63,620 nucleotides of DNA, filler included, from Octopus bimaculoides (GCF_001194135.2; 4 parts of 4 records of this genome joined end to end with filler, not necessarily neighbours in it), one strand, 5' to 3'. Positions 37,380 to 51,253 are shown, numbered from the whole stretch's first letter. Translations and numbers: made by a program. Notes: generated by a model not told the origin, from the sequence alone.

Positions 37380-40300
37380 ATTGGATGAGGTAGTTTTAAT
37401 AGTGCATCTTCATGCTATAACAGCACACTTAGGAATAGTAGATTCCTTGAGCAGATCTTTCATGTCAATAGTGAAAATGACCCTGGAAGACCTCACAGAA
37501 CTAGAATTAGAAAGGTTCTGTGGTTGATCTCTACATTTAGTGTGAATGTTGGGACTGTGTTTGGTGTACCCTCTATACACTTAGGGATTACTGCAGAGTG
37601 ACTTCATCTGTGACTTCCTTGTTTGCTTTTCTCATATCTTTTTTTTAAAATGTCCACAAAACGCTCTGCCTGTCCATTTGATTTGGGATTTTAAGGCCAT
37701 TATCATTTTATGTTCTACCGTTAATATTTTGCAGAATTTTCTAAATTCACTAGACTCAAATTATGTTCGATTATCAGATACAATCACGTCTGGGATGCCA
37801 AATCTTGCGAATAATTCATGCAAAAAATTCATTACCATTTCAGAGGTTGGTCTTTTGCACTTAACAATTTCTGGCCATTTTGTAAAACTGTCAACTACTA
37901 CTAAGTAGTAATAACCATTTAATGGGCCCACAAAATCGATATGTAGTCTTAACCATGGACTTTTTACTTATGGCGAAGGCTCCCATTTTTGAGAAGGCAA
38001 TTTCGCTGCCAGAGCACATCCTCTGCAGCCTTTTACTACATTTTCAACTTCCTTGTCTATCTTCAGCCAATACACATAATTGTGCATAAGCACTTTCATC
38101 TTTGCGATTCCCAGATGTCCAATATGAAATTCTTTCAACATTCTTTTTTGTAAAGTCTCAGGTATTACTACCCTTTAGCCATACATTAGTACGCGATCGC
38201 CTGTTGAATATATGTTTACCTGCTGCTGTTTTTTCTTACTGAACCAATTTTTGTTTTATTTAGCTGACTACAAAGTTTTTTTGTTTCATTAATGAACTTA
38301 TCTTTTGACATATGTTTCTTTATCTCCTCTGGTGTTATTGGTAACTCTTATACAATGTTCCACATTATGTGTTTAATTTCTCCTTTGGCTATTAGGGCTG
38401 CTGTTACTGTGTCCTCGAATGGTTTGCCATTTCTGGGTATTAACCAGGATAGGCTGTCAGCATGTCCAAGCTTTTTTGAACGTAAATATTCCATTGCATA
38501 GTTGTAGTTTAGTAGTATGGTGCCCCATCGCTGCAACCTGTTTGCTGTATGTACTGGGATTCCTTTCTTGGATACATAAATCTTTAGCAACAGGCAATGG
38601 TCTGTTTATAGTCTAAACCATCTACCATGTATAAACCCGTGGAACTTTTTTTATGCCAAATATAAATGCCAATGCCTATTTTTCAATTTGGTATAATTTT
38701 TTCTGCTGGCAATAGTGTCCTTGATGTGTGCATATTTGTGTAGGAGTACGGTACCTATCCTGAACCCACTAGCATCTGTTGCCAGTATCACTTCTAACTT
38801 CAGATGAAAGTATGTAAGTGACAAGTCTGAAGTTAACATGCTTTTTACTTCCTCAAATGCCTTCAGGCATTTTTCTGACCAAAACCATTTGGCATCTTTT
38901 TTAACAGCTCATTTAGTGGAGCCCTTGTGTTGTGTATGTTTGGGATATATACTTGATAGTAATTTACCAAGCGTAAAAATGCGTGTAACAATTTGACATT
39001 CGTTGGAAGAGGCATATTCCATATTGCCATCACCTTTGATGGGTCTGGCCTTCATCCTGTTTCATCAATTACTTGACCTAAATATTTGATTTTTTCGTCA
39101 AAAATTCACACTTTTCCTCTGTTAGTCTAAACCTGTACTCATTTATTTTTCCGAATACTTTTTTAATATGTTCAAAGCATCACTCTTTATCAAAATATCA
39201 TCACGATAAGAGATAAGCGATAGCGAAATTGCAATCATTTAACACTGCGTCCATCACTTGTTGGAATATGGCAGGTGCCACTTTTATTCCAAAAGGAATC
39301 CGCTTGAATTTATACAATCCAAAGCATGTGTTGATTAGTGCACAGTTGTCCTCTACCTGTATCTGTAGTTAGGCCTCTGAGAGGTCTAACTTTGAGAAAA
39401 TTTTTCCTCCATTTAGTTTTGAGAACACTTCTTCTGGACTTGGTAATGGATAATTGTGTTCGACTAAAGTGTCATTTAATCCAGTTGAAAAACCTGCACA
39501 CACTTGTAGTTTATTATTATTTTCTTTACATAAACTGTCGGAGCTGCCCAGTCTGAATGATCGATTTTTTCAATTATAGCTAGACTTTCTAGTCTTTCTA
39601 GCTCTTTATTATTCTGGTCCAATGCTGCAAATGGCACGTTCCATTTAAGTCTAAAAACAGGTATTGCCTTTTCTTTTACCATGATCCTCGTTTTAGTTTT
39701 TGTGCAACAGCCTAATCCTTCCAGAAAAACATTTGGAAACGATTAAAAAATTTTTTGTCTCAGTTGTTCGACTTCATCCAAACTTTCAACTGTGCTGACT
39801 ACATTTTCCCAGAGGACACTAATGGGGATATTTCACATTTTAAATAACTCCATGCATTCTGTGCCAAATAGGTTTAGTGATTTTTTCAAAACATAAATGA
39901 TTGTCCTTTTTGTTTCACTTTGAAAAGTTACATTGCAAATATAATTTCTTTCGTGTAACACATTCTGCTACTTTATTTGATTTAAATAATTTCAGCTTAC
40001 CAATTTGTTGCCATGTTTCTTCATTTATGATAGTGATGTCACTACCTGTGTCTAACTGCATTTTGACACTAGTGGTTTTGATTCTCACCTTGATGAAATT
40101 TCTGTTTCTTGTTTAAACTTTTTTCTCTGATAACAAACTATTTATTTTTTCTCGTTTGGTCCAATTTTTGTCATCTTAGTTCTGCAGAGTAATTTAATGT
40201 GTCCTGTGTTCCCACAATAAAAACACTTTGCTTTTTTGAATGGATACTCTTTTCTTAGGTGCCTACCACCACATGCCATACATAGGTTATCTCTTGTTGT

Positions 40301-41221
40301 ATATCATGTTTTTTGTGAAACACTTTATCCATCTTCTGACTCTTCCACACTGGTTTTATCTGTAAACAATCACTGCATTGGATTTCTTCTGTGTTGTGCC
40401 TTACTTTTTATATCATATTGCACTCTTCTGATAGTTTCTGGAGAGTTATATCTTGGTTCATTTCCAGCTTTGCGGGAATTTTCATTCTGACTTCTGCATC
40501 CTTTTTAGCAGTAAGTCCCTGAACAAAAATCAGGCACTTGAATGAGTCTGGAGTTAGTTTATCCAGTTTAAATCTCTCACATTCTCTGTTCACTCTACCT
40601 GCATATGTGGTAAAGTCTTTATCATCACTTTCCTCGGTGTTCAAATATTTCTAACAAAGATGTTTTTTCACTAAACAACTTACATAAAATGTCAATTGTG
40701 TCCATGAAATTTATTTCAGAAACTTTTTTTAGGCAATATAAAGTTACAGTATTTTTTGTGCTCTGTCATTGCCAATTTCCTCAGAATTAGACGCATCTTC
40801 ATTTCATCTATCCAGTCTTGGCATTCTTTTTCAAAAATTTTTTCAAATCTTCGGTAATATGCCTCAAAGATGATTCCTTCTTCTGGGTCATATTTAGATT
40901 CATTTATTGAATTTGCTACATGGTCTAGCGAAAACGTATTTTCCAGTTTTGTTATAAACTTCATTAGTTGTAGAATTTGTTGTTCTTTGAGTTGTTGCTG
41001 TTTTTGTAACTCAACTAAACCCTTCAACAAATTTTCCATAATTTTATGGATTTTATGTAAAATATGTACAACAAAAATGTTTGTTACTCCTCTGTCGAGT
41101 TTTTAATTTCTCCACATGAAAAATTTTTCAACAGCGTCCATGTGAAATGTTTATTTTCTCCTGAAAAAAGTTTTTTCGTTTCAATGTTGACCATGTGAAT
41201 TATTTATATCCTCGTCGCCAC
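37380..41221 (-). mobile_element. Decayed Ty3/Gypsy LTR retrotransposon internal region (gag-pro-RT-RH-IN order)
   Basis: Minus-strand remnants: gag FSLDHVANSINESKYDPEEG; tandem zinc knuckles CMACGGRH.../CFYCGNTGH (~40200-40285); protease QLDTGSDITII (~40030-40065); RT AAPTVYVKK and AYL[7-bp insertion]DDILI (~39200); RNase H LATDASG and TANRLQRWG; integrase HIGHLG...CRGC (~38000-38150) and VHIDFVGP. The left boundary is approximate and no 3' LTR is visible. Confidence 0.93.
41211..41220 (-). promoter_or_regulatory. Primer-binding site TGGCGACGAG
   Basis: The minus strand reads ...TAACA G TGGCGACGAG: a TGG-initiated PBS directly after the LTR end. Confidence 0.8.
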
Positions 41222-42235
41222 TGTTATAGTGTGGATTCTCATCCACTTGTATGTTATTGTTTGTACTGTAATATTCATGTTGCCACTATTATGTTGTGGC
41301 GGTATTCCACATCTTATCTTTGACTCATCTACTGTGCTATCACTGATAGCTCCATAAGACAATGACTTTGAAACATCTACCTTGACAGTAACTTGAACTT
41401 GTGACACTGCCTCCGACTGAGAACTCATACAACAACTCTACTACTATTGACCCTCTACAACAACTGACTGTCTGACTTTATAGTGTCTGACTTCATACCA
41501 CTTTGTCACGTAGGAAGGGGAGTACCATTTTCAGTACAACTATGCAACTGTTTTTTTGCATAATGAGCTCTAGTTGTTTCCTCAGATGATATATGAGTGT
41601 TGTCTCGGTTAGTTTAAAGTTGTTGACTTCAAGGCCATCTCCTCTGTTCATCATTTCTTGTGTGTGTGAGAGTGTATGTGAGTATGTATCTGACCATGGA
41701 ATACTTAAGAAATTCACATGTACAGCCAACCATGAAGAACAGATCAGAGATACAACCAAAATAGAAGACTAATCCCATTTAAATGCCAGCCAGTACCATC
41801 TACTACTATTCATAGCATTCTGACAAATGCACTCTCGCAGCACACACCATAGTTCTATCAATGACTACTAAATTCAAATCACAAAGAACAGAGGAGATGG
41901 CCTTGAAGCCAATGACTTTAAACTAACAGAGACAACACTTGTATATTGCCTAAGGAAATGCAACTAGATCTCATCATGCAAGCAAAGAGTTGCATAATAC
42001 CTGTATTCTTGGAGAACTATGTTGTGCTGAAACAATTCTAGTGAATAATAAATAATGCCCAACTGTACTCCTTCTTGATTCCAATTTCTTCAATTTTACA
42101 TTCACACATGATGAATGCCCAAATGTAAACTTGGAATTATCTAAATATATAATACTACTACTAATAGTACTGGGTAATTCTGAAGGTGGACAAGCTTTGT
42201 ACTGTACTCTACCACATTCCTAACAGAATATAACA
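41222..42235 (-). repeat. Probable 5' LTR (~1.0 kb) of the Gypsy element
   Basis: Starts TGTTATA (41222) and ends TATAACA (42235), a 7-bp terminal inverted repeat, and sits one base from the PBS. The far boundary is inferred because there is no second LTR for comparison. Confidence 0.7.
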
Positions 42236-42238
42236 TAA

Positions 42239-42304
<66 letters not shown>

Positions 42305-42404
42305 NNNNNNNNNNNNNNNNNNNNNNNNNNNNNNNNNNNNNNNNNNNNTTAATTAATTAANNNNNNNNNNNNNNNNNNNNNNNNNNNNNNNNNNNNNNNN
42401 NNNN
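42305..42404. other. Artificial scaffold linker N44-TTAATTAATTAA-N44
   Basis: Identical layout to 19660-19759. Confidence 0.95.
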
Positions 42405-43544
42405 GATGAGTAGAGGTTGTATAATACTACAATAACTACGAAATCATGATCTATAATTTAGGGTTGGCTTTGAAAGTTGCATTTCCTCGCGTTCGGTAAA
42501 AATGTGCTTTTTATGGTAGTCTGACCTTAGAGTCCCTCATAGCGTGAGGCATTATTGTATAGTAATGCCTTATATAAATATAAATATATATTTCGGGAAT
42601 AAATGATGGATTTTTTCCCTTATGAGGTTTTTTTACGCTAGCTACTTGATAAATTCTTGTAAAAGAATTCGTCCTATTATTGAATTTTATATATATATAT
42701 ATATATCACTGAAAAAATTGGAGTCAAAAAGGAGTACGAGTGGGCATTTATTTTCAATCGCAAAAATAAAACAAAAATCACCAAGACGGCCACCAATTTC
42801 GCGGAAGGGAGTACGTCTATTAAACCGTCCCCAGTGCTCAACTGGTATTTATTTTATAAGCCCTAAGAGAGATCACAAGCAAAAACGACTTGGGCAGAAT
42901 TTGTACTCAGAACGAAAAGACGGACAAAATGCCGATAAGCATGTTGCTGATGATTCAGTCAGGTCCCCACCTTATGCTGCTGTATCAATATTATGAGTAA
43001 TAAATATAACTTTAGTCTACTAATAATGATGATAGTCTTTTATATTATAGACACAAGACCTAAAATTTGGTAGGAGTAGCTAGTCGATGATATCGTTTTC
43101 AGTGCATAGCTGGTACTTATTTTATCAACCCCTAAAGGATGGAAGACAAAGTCGACCTTGATGGAATTTGAACTCTGAACATAAAGACTGACAAAATATC
43201 GCTAATAATTCTGTCTTGCGTACTATCGAAAACACAAGGCCAGCAGTTTTGAGGGAAGTTGGTCAATAACCCATAGACTGGTATTTGACAGGTACTTTAT
43301 TGTGTCTAGCCACAGAGATAAAAAGTAACCTTGGCCGAGACGAAAGTTGAGCTCAGAGCGTAAACCATCAGATCAAATGATAAGAAACATTTTTCCGATA
43401 TACTCGCGTTTCTGCCAATCTACTGCTCTTCATATAGAAATTTCATTACAATAATAATCATTTCAAATAACACACACAATGCAAGAACGTAATAACAACA
43501 ATTATAACAATGAAAATATATTATAATGATATTACTCTTTGCGA

Positions 43545-43878
43545 GTTGTTGTTGTTGGCACTCGGTCGCTTACGACGTCGAGGGTTCCAGTTGATCCGAT
43601 CAACGGAACAGCCTGCTCGTGAAATTAACGTGCAAGTGGCTGAGCACTCCACAGTCACATGTACCGTTAACGTAGTTCTCGGGGATATTCAGCGTGACAC
43701 AGTGTGACAAGGCTGACCCTTTGAATTACAGGCACAACAGAAACGGGAAGAAAGAGTGAGAGAAAGTTGTGGTGAAAGAGTACAGCAGGGTTCGCCACCA
43801 TCCCCTGCCGGAGCCTCGTGGAGCTTTAGGTGTTTTCGCTCGATAAACACTCACAACGCCCGGTCTGGGAATCGAAAG
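43545..43878 (-). mobile_element. SINE family C, young copy with (AAC)n tail; head lies in the gap
   Basis: Reverse complement of 15130-15493 without the insertion. Related diverged pieces lie at ~9200-9320, 18855-19145(-) and 53620-53720. Confidence 0.88.
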
Positions 43879-44796
43879 NNNNNNNNNNNNNNNNNNNNNN
43901 NNNNNNNNNNNNNNNNNNNNNNNNNNNNNNNNNNNNNNNNNNNNNNNNNNNNNNNNNNNNNNNNNNNNNNNNNNNNNNNNNNNNNNNNNNNNNNNNNNNN
44001 NNNNNNNNNNNNNNNNNNNNNNNNNNNNNNNNNNNNNNNNNNNNNNNNNNNNNNNNNNNNNNNNNNNNNNNNNNNNNNNNNNNNNNNNNNNNNNNNNNNN
44101 NNNNNNNNNNNNNNNNNNNNNNNNNNNNNNNNNNNNNNNNNNNNNNNNNNNNNNNNNNNNNNNNNNNNNNNNNNNNNNNNNNNNNNNNNNNNNNNNNNNN
44201 NNNNNNNNNNNNNNNNNNNNNNNNNNNNNNNNNNNNNNNNNNNNNNNNNNNNNNNNNNNNNNNNNNNNNNNNNNNNNNNNNNNNNNNNNNNNNNNNNNNN
44301 NNNNNNNNNNNNNNNNNNNNNNNNNNNNNNNNNNNNNNNNNNNNNNNNNNNNNNNNNNNNNNNNNNNNNNNNNNNNNNNNNNNNNNNNNNNNNNNNNNNN
44401 NNNNNNNNNNNNNNNNNNNNNNNNNNNNNNNNNNNNNNNNNNNNNNNNNNNNNNNNNNNNNNNNNNNNNNNNNNNNNNNNNNNNNNNNNNNNNNNNNNNN
44501 NNNNNNNNNNNNNNNNNNNNTACTATAACTTTACAGCTTATTTGTATGAAAATCAAAAGGTACAATAGGTACAATAACTCGCAGAACTTGAGAACTAATA
44601 AAGCAATAAATACTTGAAATAAGGCAGCGAGCTGGCAGAAATATTAGCACGCCGGGCGAAATGCTCAGCGGCATTTCGTTTGTCTTTACGTTTTGAGTTC
44701 AAATTCCGCCGAGGTCGATAATTTAAGTACCAGTTGCATACTGGGGTCGATCTAATCGACTAGCCCCCTCCCCAAAATTTCGGGCCTTCTTTAAAT

Positions 44797-44834
<38 letters not shown>

Positions 44835-45960
44835 AATTTGTTTTGAGGTTTGAAAATGCACCTGTATCTCAAAATGTGTAGCCGTCTTTAAATGTTGTAA
44901 TAGATTTATTGAAATACCAAAGCGGTGTCGACAATTGTTTGCTTATGAATGGTACAAATATACAATCAAAAGGTTTAGGAGTGTTTAAATTTACAAGGTA
45001 AAAATCGAAAGGGCATATTTAAACGATCAAATGTTCAAATGTTCAAAGAAATTCCAATGATTTTCATAGGGTTAGATAGTAATATAAGTGTGAATCTTCT
45101 GTTAAGATCATAAATATACATTATTGAAAATTCTGTCACATTGAGCTTCTATGAAAAAAAAAAGAATAGTGGGGAAGAGAGAGTAAAAAATTATGAGAAA
45201 GAAAAATATTTTTTTACAATTTCTGTCATGGTGCGTGTTGTTCTTTTTTCAACTTCAGTGCACAGGTCTCTTCACTTTCTTTGCTTGTTAGAGTTCGAAA
45301 TATAAGCGGAGACCTTTTAGTACATATGTGTCTTTACGGTAAAGGATCAAGTTTTGATTGGTTATAGTTTTGATGAAATGTATTTGCTTTTCTCGTAAAT
45401 GTTTTCGTCAAAATATTTTTGTTTGTCAAAGACTAGCGTTTGGGTTGGTTGGCTTCTTGGTGACGTCCATTCCTTGTTGACCACGGTCAAGGAACAGGTC
45501 CTGATTAATTGTACGTTTCGTGACGTCATAGATTTTGATGAAATATATTTTCCGTTTTGGACAAAATATTTTTGTTTTGACAAAGTTTAGCCTTCTGCTT
45601 GGTTGGCTTTCTGCTAGGGACTCTATAACCTGTTACTGTCTGATGGTCATCTAGCGTTCCGGTTGTTTGGTTCCCTTAAGAAGTCACTATTTATTTTGTT
45701 TTGAGAATCCGGTTTGACAGGAGAAAAATTTAATTGGTTTTGTCTGAGGTGACGTCAGCAACTGATGTTTGAGAAGGTATACGGTGTTATTGTATAGTAA
45801 TTTGGAGCTGGGATTTCGAAACCCTAAGGATGCTTTTTACTAAAACATTTCAAATTATCTCTGGTCATTTGTCGTCAATAAATTGTTTTTGTTTTTCTTT
45901 TTCTGTTGTGTTATAGGATATTTGGTTGTGATTTGTACATTCTAATGAACATAATATAAT

Positions 45961-46275
45961 TTATTCCGAATTGGATTCAAGTATTTCCGGTGCATTGATA
46001 CAGCGGTATTTCGAATTTATGGTTGCGAGGCATTGATCTAAAGGTTTACGTACGGGAATTTTCCCGGTCGTGGGGTCAGTTTCTTGTGTACCATCCCGGA
46101 TCTGTTGCCTGTGTAGCATCAATCTGTCTGTTAAGGTCAAACTCGTTTCACCTATAAAAAATCCCTTCACCCGGGCATCGAAGAACTTAATCTATGTTCT
46201 CAAATGTGGAAGTGGTAGGGATTACATAGAAAATTCAGAGGCATTTTCCTACGTGGGAATACACTTCTTCTTTCC
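45961..46275 (-). mobile_element. Penelope-like GIY-YIG endonuclease fragment with an internal 78-bp inversion
   Basis: Minus strand reads IGETSLTLTDRLMLHRQQIRD...IPVRKPLDQC. The + strand segment 46152-46229 reads IKNPFTRASKNLIYVLKCGSGRDYI, the missing N-terminal half of the same motif. Confidence 0.85.
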
Positions 46276-47482
46276 ATATATATATATATATATATATATA
46301 NNNNNNNNNNNNNNNNNNNNNNNNNNNNNNNNNNNNNNNNNNNNNNNNNNNNNNNNNNNNNNNNNNNNNNNNNNNNNNNNNNNNNNNNNNNNNNNNNNNN
46401 NNNNNNNNNNNNNNNNNNNNNNNNNNNNNNNNNNNNNNNNNNNNNNNNNNNNNNNNNNNNNNNNNNNNNNNNNNNNNNNNNNNNNNNNNNNNNNNNNNNN
46501 NNNNNNNNNNNNNNNNNNNNNNNNNNNNNNNNNNNNNNNNNNNNNNNNNNNNNNNNNNNNNNNNNNNNNNNNNNNNNNNNNNNNNNNNNNNNNNNNNNNN
46601 NNNNNNNNNNNNNNNNNNNNNNNNNNNNNNNNNNNNNNNNNNNNNNNNNNNNNNNNNNNNNNNNNNNNNNNNNNNNNNNNNNNNNNNNNNNNNNNNNNNN
46701 NNNNNNNNNNNNNNNNNNNNNNNNNNNNNNNNNNNNNNNNNNNNNNNNNNNNNNNNNNNNNNNNNNNNNNNNNNNNATGTATAATTTTATTTAATTTATA
46801 TACCCATATCCTATTTAGGAATATGCATGTGCATTGGTATATTCACATATATCGTTTCAATCATAACTTACAGTAATTATATTCCGACTGGAAGTGATCC
46901 GTAACAGCATTTGTATTTATGGTTGATTTCATATTCACTACTTTTTAAATATATTTTTAGCTTTTGATATGGTATTTTAATCTGGAAGGAGGCGAGCTGG
47001 TAGACTCGTTAGTACGCCAGGTAAAATGTTGAGCGCTATTACACTAGTCTTTATGTTGTGAGTTCAAATTCTGCCAAGGCCGACTAATCAATATGAAATT
47101 CATCCTTTTGGGGTCGATAAACGAAGTGCCAGTTTAACACTGGGTTTTGATGTAATTGACTTAACCCCACCCCAAAATTGCTGGGCTTGTGCCAAAACTT
47201 GAAACCGATAATTTATTTAATTCTATGTTGTTTCTGTTCCTGACGCTCTTCGTTTTCTTCATCATTATTGTTGTTGTCATCATCGCCGTCGTCGTTGCCG
47301 CAGCCGCCAGCTTCCTCATCATTATCATCATTATGCACTTTTTTTTCTTCTGCTTTATTTTTCATTTTCTTACGTTTTGTTATATTTTCATCTCGTTTTC
47401 TTTCATTAATTTTGTGTTCCTAACATTTTATTCCTTGATCTCCACATTTTATTTTCCCCTCAATATATTTGTTTATTCTGTC

Positions 47483-47536
47483 ATACATACAGACATACAG
47501 ACATACGTACGTACATATGTACATACATACATACAT

Positions 47537-47582
<46 letters not shown>

Positions 47583-47604
47583 GTACGTATATACAGATAT
47601 ATAT

Positions 47605-47647
<43 letters not shown>

Positions 47648-47674
47648 TACAGACAGACAGACAGACAGACAGAC

Positions 47675-47713
<39 letters not shown>

Positions 47714-47714
47714 C
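47483..47714. repeat. Graded tetranucleotide array (ACAT)n-(AGAC)n-(AGAT)n
   Basis: Directly visible; similar (GATA)n/(GACA)n tracts lie at 59790-59915 and 60537-60590. Confidence 0.92.
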
Positions 47715-50700
47715 TAATATGTCTGATTCATTGTTTATTTGATTTTAGTCTTGTTGCTTATGTAATAAGACAATTGTGATTAAGTATGTATGCTAACATG
47801 TATGTGCACACACGCAAACACACACACATATTTGCACGTGCGTGCATACATTTACATACTAATCCAACGTTGATTACATAAAAATATTTCGCAATATTGT
47901 TATCTACGTTTCGTTACTGACGTCACTTAATATCAAAATATTCTAGAGACATTTTTTTCTTCTTTTTACGTGATTATTGAGTTAGTTTTTCGAAAGCAGT
48001 TTTCAATCACTTCTAAGTATGCTGCAAGAAAAAGCAATCAGACGTTGTTAAAAATTCATGTTAATTAGCAATTTGTTCTTATTGTCAACAAATTAATCCC
48101 TCCAACTAAAACGTAGTCGTATAACTGCTGATAATACACTATTATTAAGTGCAATGAAATTTTGATAAAATTGTTCGGTGATTAAATAATTATCTAACTT
48201 AAAATAAAAAATATAGAAAGGAAATATTTTGAGAAGAGAAAATAGATAAAATTTTAAGTAGATTTATTGAACACAATTTTCTGAATTTATCATATAATTA
48301 TTACCAGCAGCATCACTCACGTTAATGCCACTATCATGGCCATCAACTGAGGAAACATTATGATCTTAATCATCAATCATCGTTGTCATCGTTGTCAACG
48401 TCACCAAATTTCAATATTGTTATTATCAGTAAAAATCATCATGATCGTCATCAACTTTACCATCAATACCTAGATCATCATGGTCTTTATCGTCCTCTTC
48501 ATCATCATCATCCTCATCACCATCACTATTATCAACACCGTTACTTTCAGTTTCAATATCATTGTTGTCAACGTGTTTATCAATTTCTCCTCATATTATC
48601 AATACCATTATCATTCAAAAGAATATCTGCAGTAATCGTTAGCATGACCGCAGCCACTTGGCTGAAACACATAAATAAATAAATAAATAAATAAATAAAC
48701 AGTAATATCACTTTTACATTTACATTTAGCAACATCCTAAGTTCAATGAACCCCACAGACACCTCTTGACTCGTCAAAACCACGGGAGCTTTCACTTTCT
48801 CTGGTTTTTGTTTAATTGATTATACCCCTTCCCGCAAAAAGCATGGCTTTGTTCCTATTATAAAAATCAATAATATTATTTTTATCAAAATTAAGAAATT
48901 ACGACATTTTATTACAAAGTAAATATAAGTCTATAACTAATTTTCGTATATTTCCAATAAATAGCAGTACATTAAACATAGAACTGGAGTAATATTAAAA
49001 GAGTATTTCGTTTTTGTATCTGGCACGCAAGATTCTTGATGCGAACTCGTGTGATGAGACAAATTGTATTGTATCTTGGAAGTGTCATTACGCCTAAAAT
49101 AAATACACGTATTGGTTCAATTTCACCTCTTTATTATTAATCAATTGGTTATTTAAGCAAACCTCAAATCAACCACTTACTTAAACAGTCGGTCAAAAAA
49201 TTAATCAGTTGTTTGTCAAAGACATTTTGTTATCATTTGCTACCACACCAATGAGATGCCCTCCCTTTTTCAAACTTGTTTGACGAAATACAGATTTTTC
49301 GTTTAACCGACTGATTAAGCAGGAAGTCAATTGGTTGGTTAAATAACTAATAAATTGTTTAGTAACCATCCTTTCTACTATGGACATAAAACCTGAAATG
49401 TTGGCGGAGAGGGCTAGTTGATTACATCGACCTCAGTGCTCAACTGCTACGTATTTTATCGACTACGAAATGATGAAAGGCAAAGTCAACCATGGCGGAA
49501 TTTAAACTCAGAATATAAAGACGAAGGAAATGCCGCTCAGCTTTTTGCTTCGGCTTGCTAACGATTCTGCCAGATGGCCGCATTAACAAATTGATTAATA
49601 ATAAAGAAGTGAAGTTGAACCAATACATGTATTTATTGTTGGCGTAATGATCTTCCTAATGTACAGCAAATTTAAAACAGTACACACGCATCAAAAGCAT
49701 GTAAGTTAATATAAGTATATGACATATTTTATGAAATATTTCTGATATTTAAAATACAATAAAGACAATGTTGCTGTTATAGTTGTTTGGTCTCAGCTCA
49801 GCCTAGATTGAACAAATATTTGATCAAATATGAAAGGGCATCTTTCCTTTACAAGACAAAAAGATTTTGATTTGAATGAAATTTAGCTTTATATCCAGTG
49901 GGGCTAATAACTTTGTGGTAGTTCTTTCATTTGTTCACGTATATGTGTAAAGGACAATGAAATAAATCTTATCGCATATTTTTACTTTTATTTCATGAAG
50001 TGCAACTTTTTAATGAACAGAAAATAATAATCGATGAAATACATACAAGTGTTTAGTATGATATCAGGTTAAGCTATAAATATTTAATAAGTTTAATTAA
50101 AAATGTAAAGATGCTTAGATACATAAGGGACATTGGTATTAATTTTCCTTAAATTTCTTTATTAAATACTCTAATAAACAAAACAACATTGTCTACATGA
50201 AAATATTTTATTGTTTCAATTTAAATATGTCACTTTCGTATAAGTGAAAAAATGAGAAATAGATTATCGAGCCTTATGGCTATCAAAGCGTTCACTGTTC
50301 GTATCTCGACACATGAACAAAAATATTTGAATCACAGACGATTCAAACACAAAAGTTAACTCCCATTCAAACACCTTGGGAAGATAAATCTCATTACTGC
50401 AAACTAGTGTGTGAGAGAGCGGTGAACATGCTTCGAGAGATTTTAGTTTTTCAGTCAAAATCTTCCAGTAATTACTGCAATGAAAGTAACGTTCTTCATT
50501 GTGCTAACTTCTTCCAGATATACTCCATGTAGAGAAAAATATTTATTTTGTACCTCAGTAAGTATTAAGAACTGCTACATCCTCCCCTCTTTTACAATTT
50601 TTTCATCTCCGTGGTTTTACTCTATGATGTCTGTCTCAATATGTTTGCTGAAAAAATGCAACTCCCAAGCTATCTCTTTTGCACAGTATTTCATTTCTTA

Positions 50701-51253
50701 ATGATTACTTTTCAAAAATCAAATCAATACATGAAATGTATTAACCTAAAACTAATGACACTCTGCCTCTAATGAACAATTTCCTGGAAATGCAGTCCGT
50801 CGCTAATCTTTTGTGACATTATCCTTAATTTACAAAAAGAATTCTTTATCATTGTTTAAGAAAAAAGAAATAACGCTGGGGTAAAATGTGGATCAGAATG
50901 CAAAGAAGCTTTGATTCTTGGTTCTATGGATTCTAACATTGATACAAAACATTCTTTTCACTTAGGAGAAGCTTTTTTCTCTCAAGTTACTCTAAAATCC
51001 ATCTAAGAATGACAAACCTAATTTATTAATGGTAGTTGCAGTGAAAAGTATTATATGACAGTCGGCTGCCGCCTATCGAGTTTTCTCGTTGAGTTCCATT
51101 TACACCATTGTATTTGCCTCTCTAATATTTTTGAGAAAAGGATTATTTCCCGAATTTAATAGTCTCAAAACCTACTCGACTCTACCAATTCTGTAAATTG
51201 AAATAATTTATATCAATGTATTAAATCAACTTTTTTTTTAATGTTATAATATA

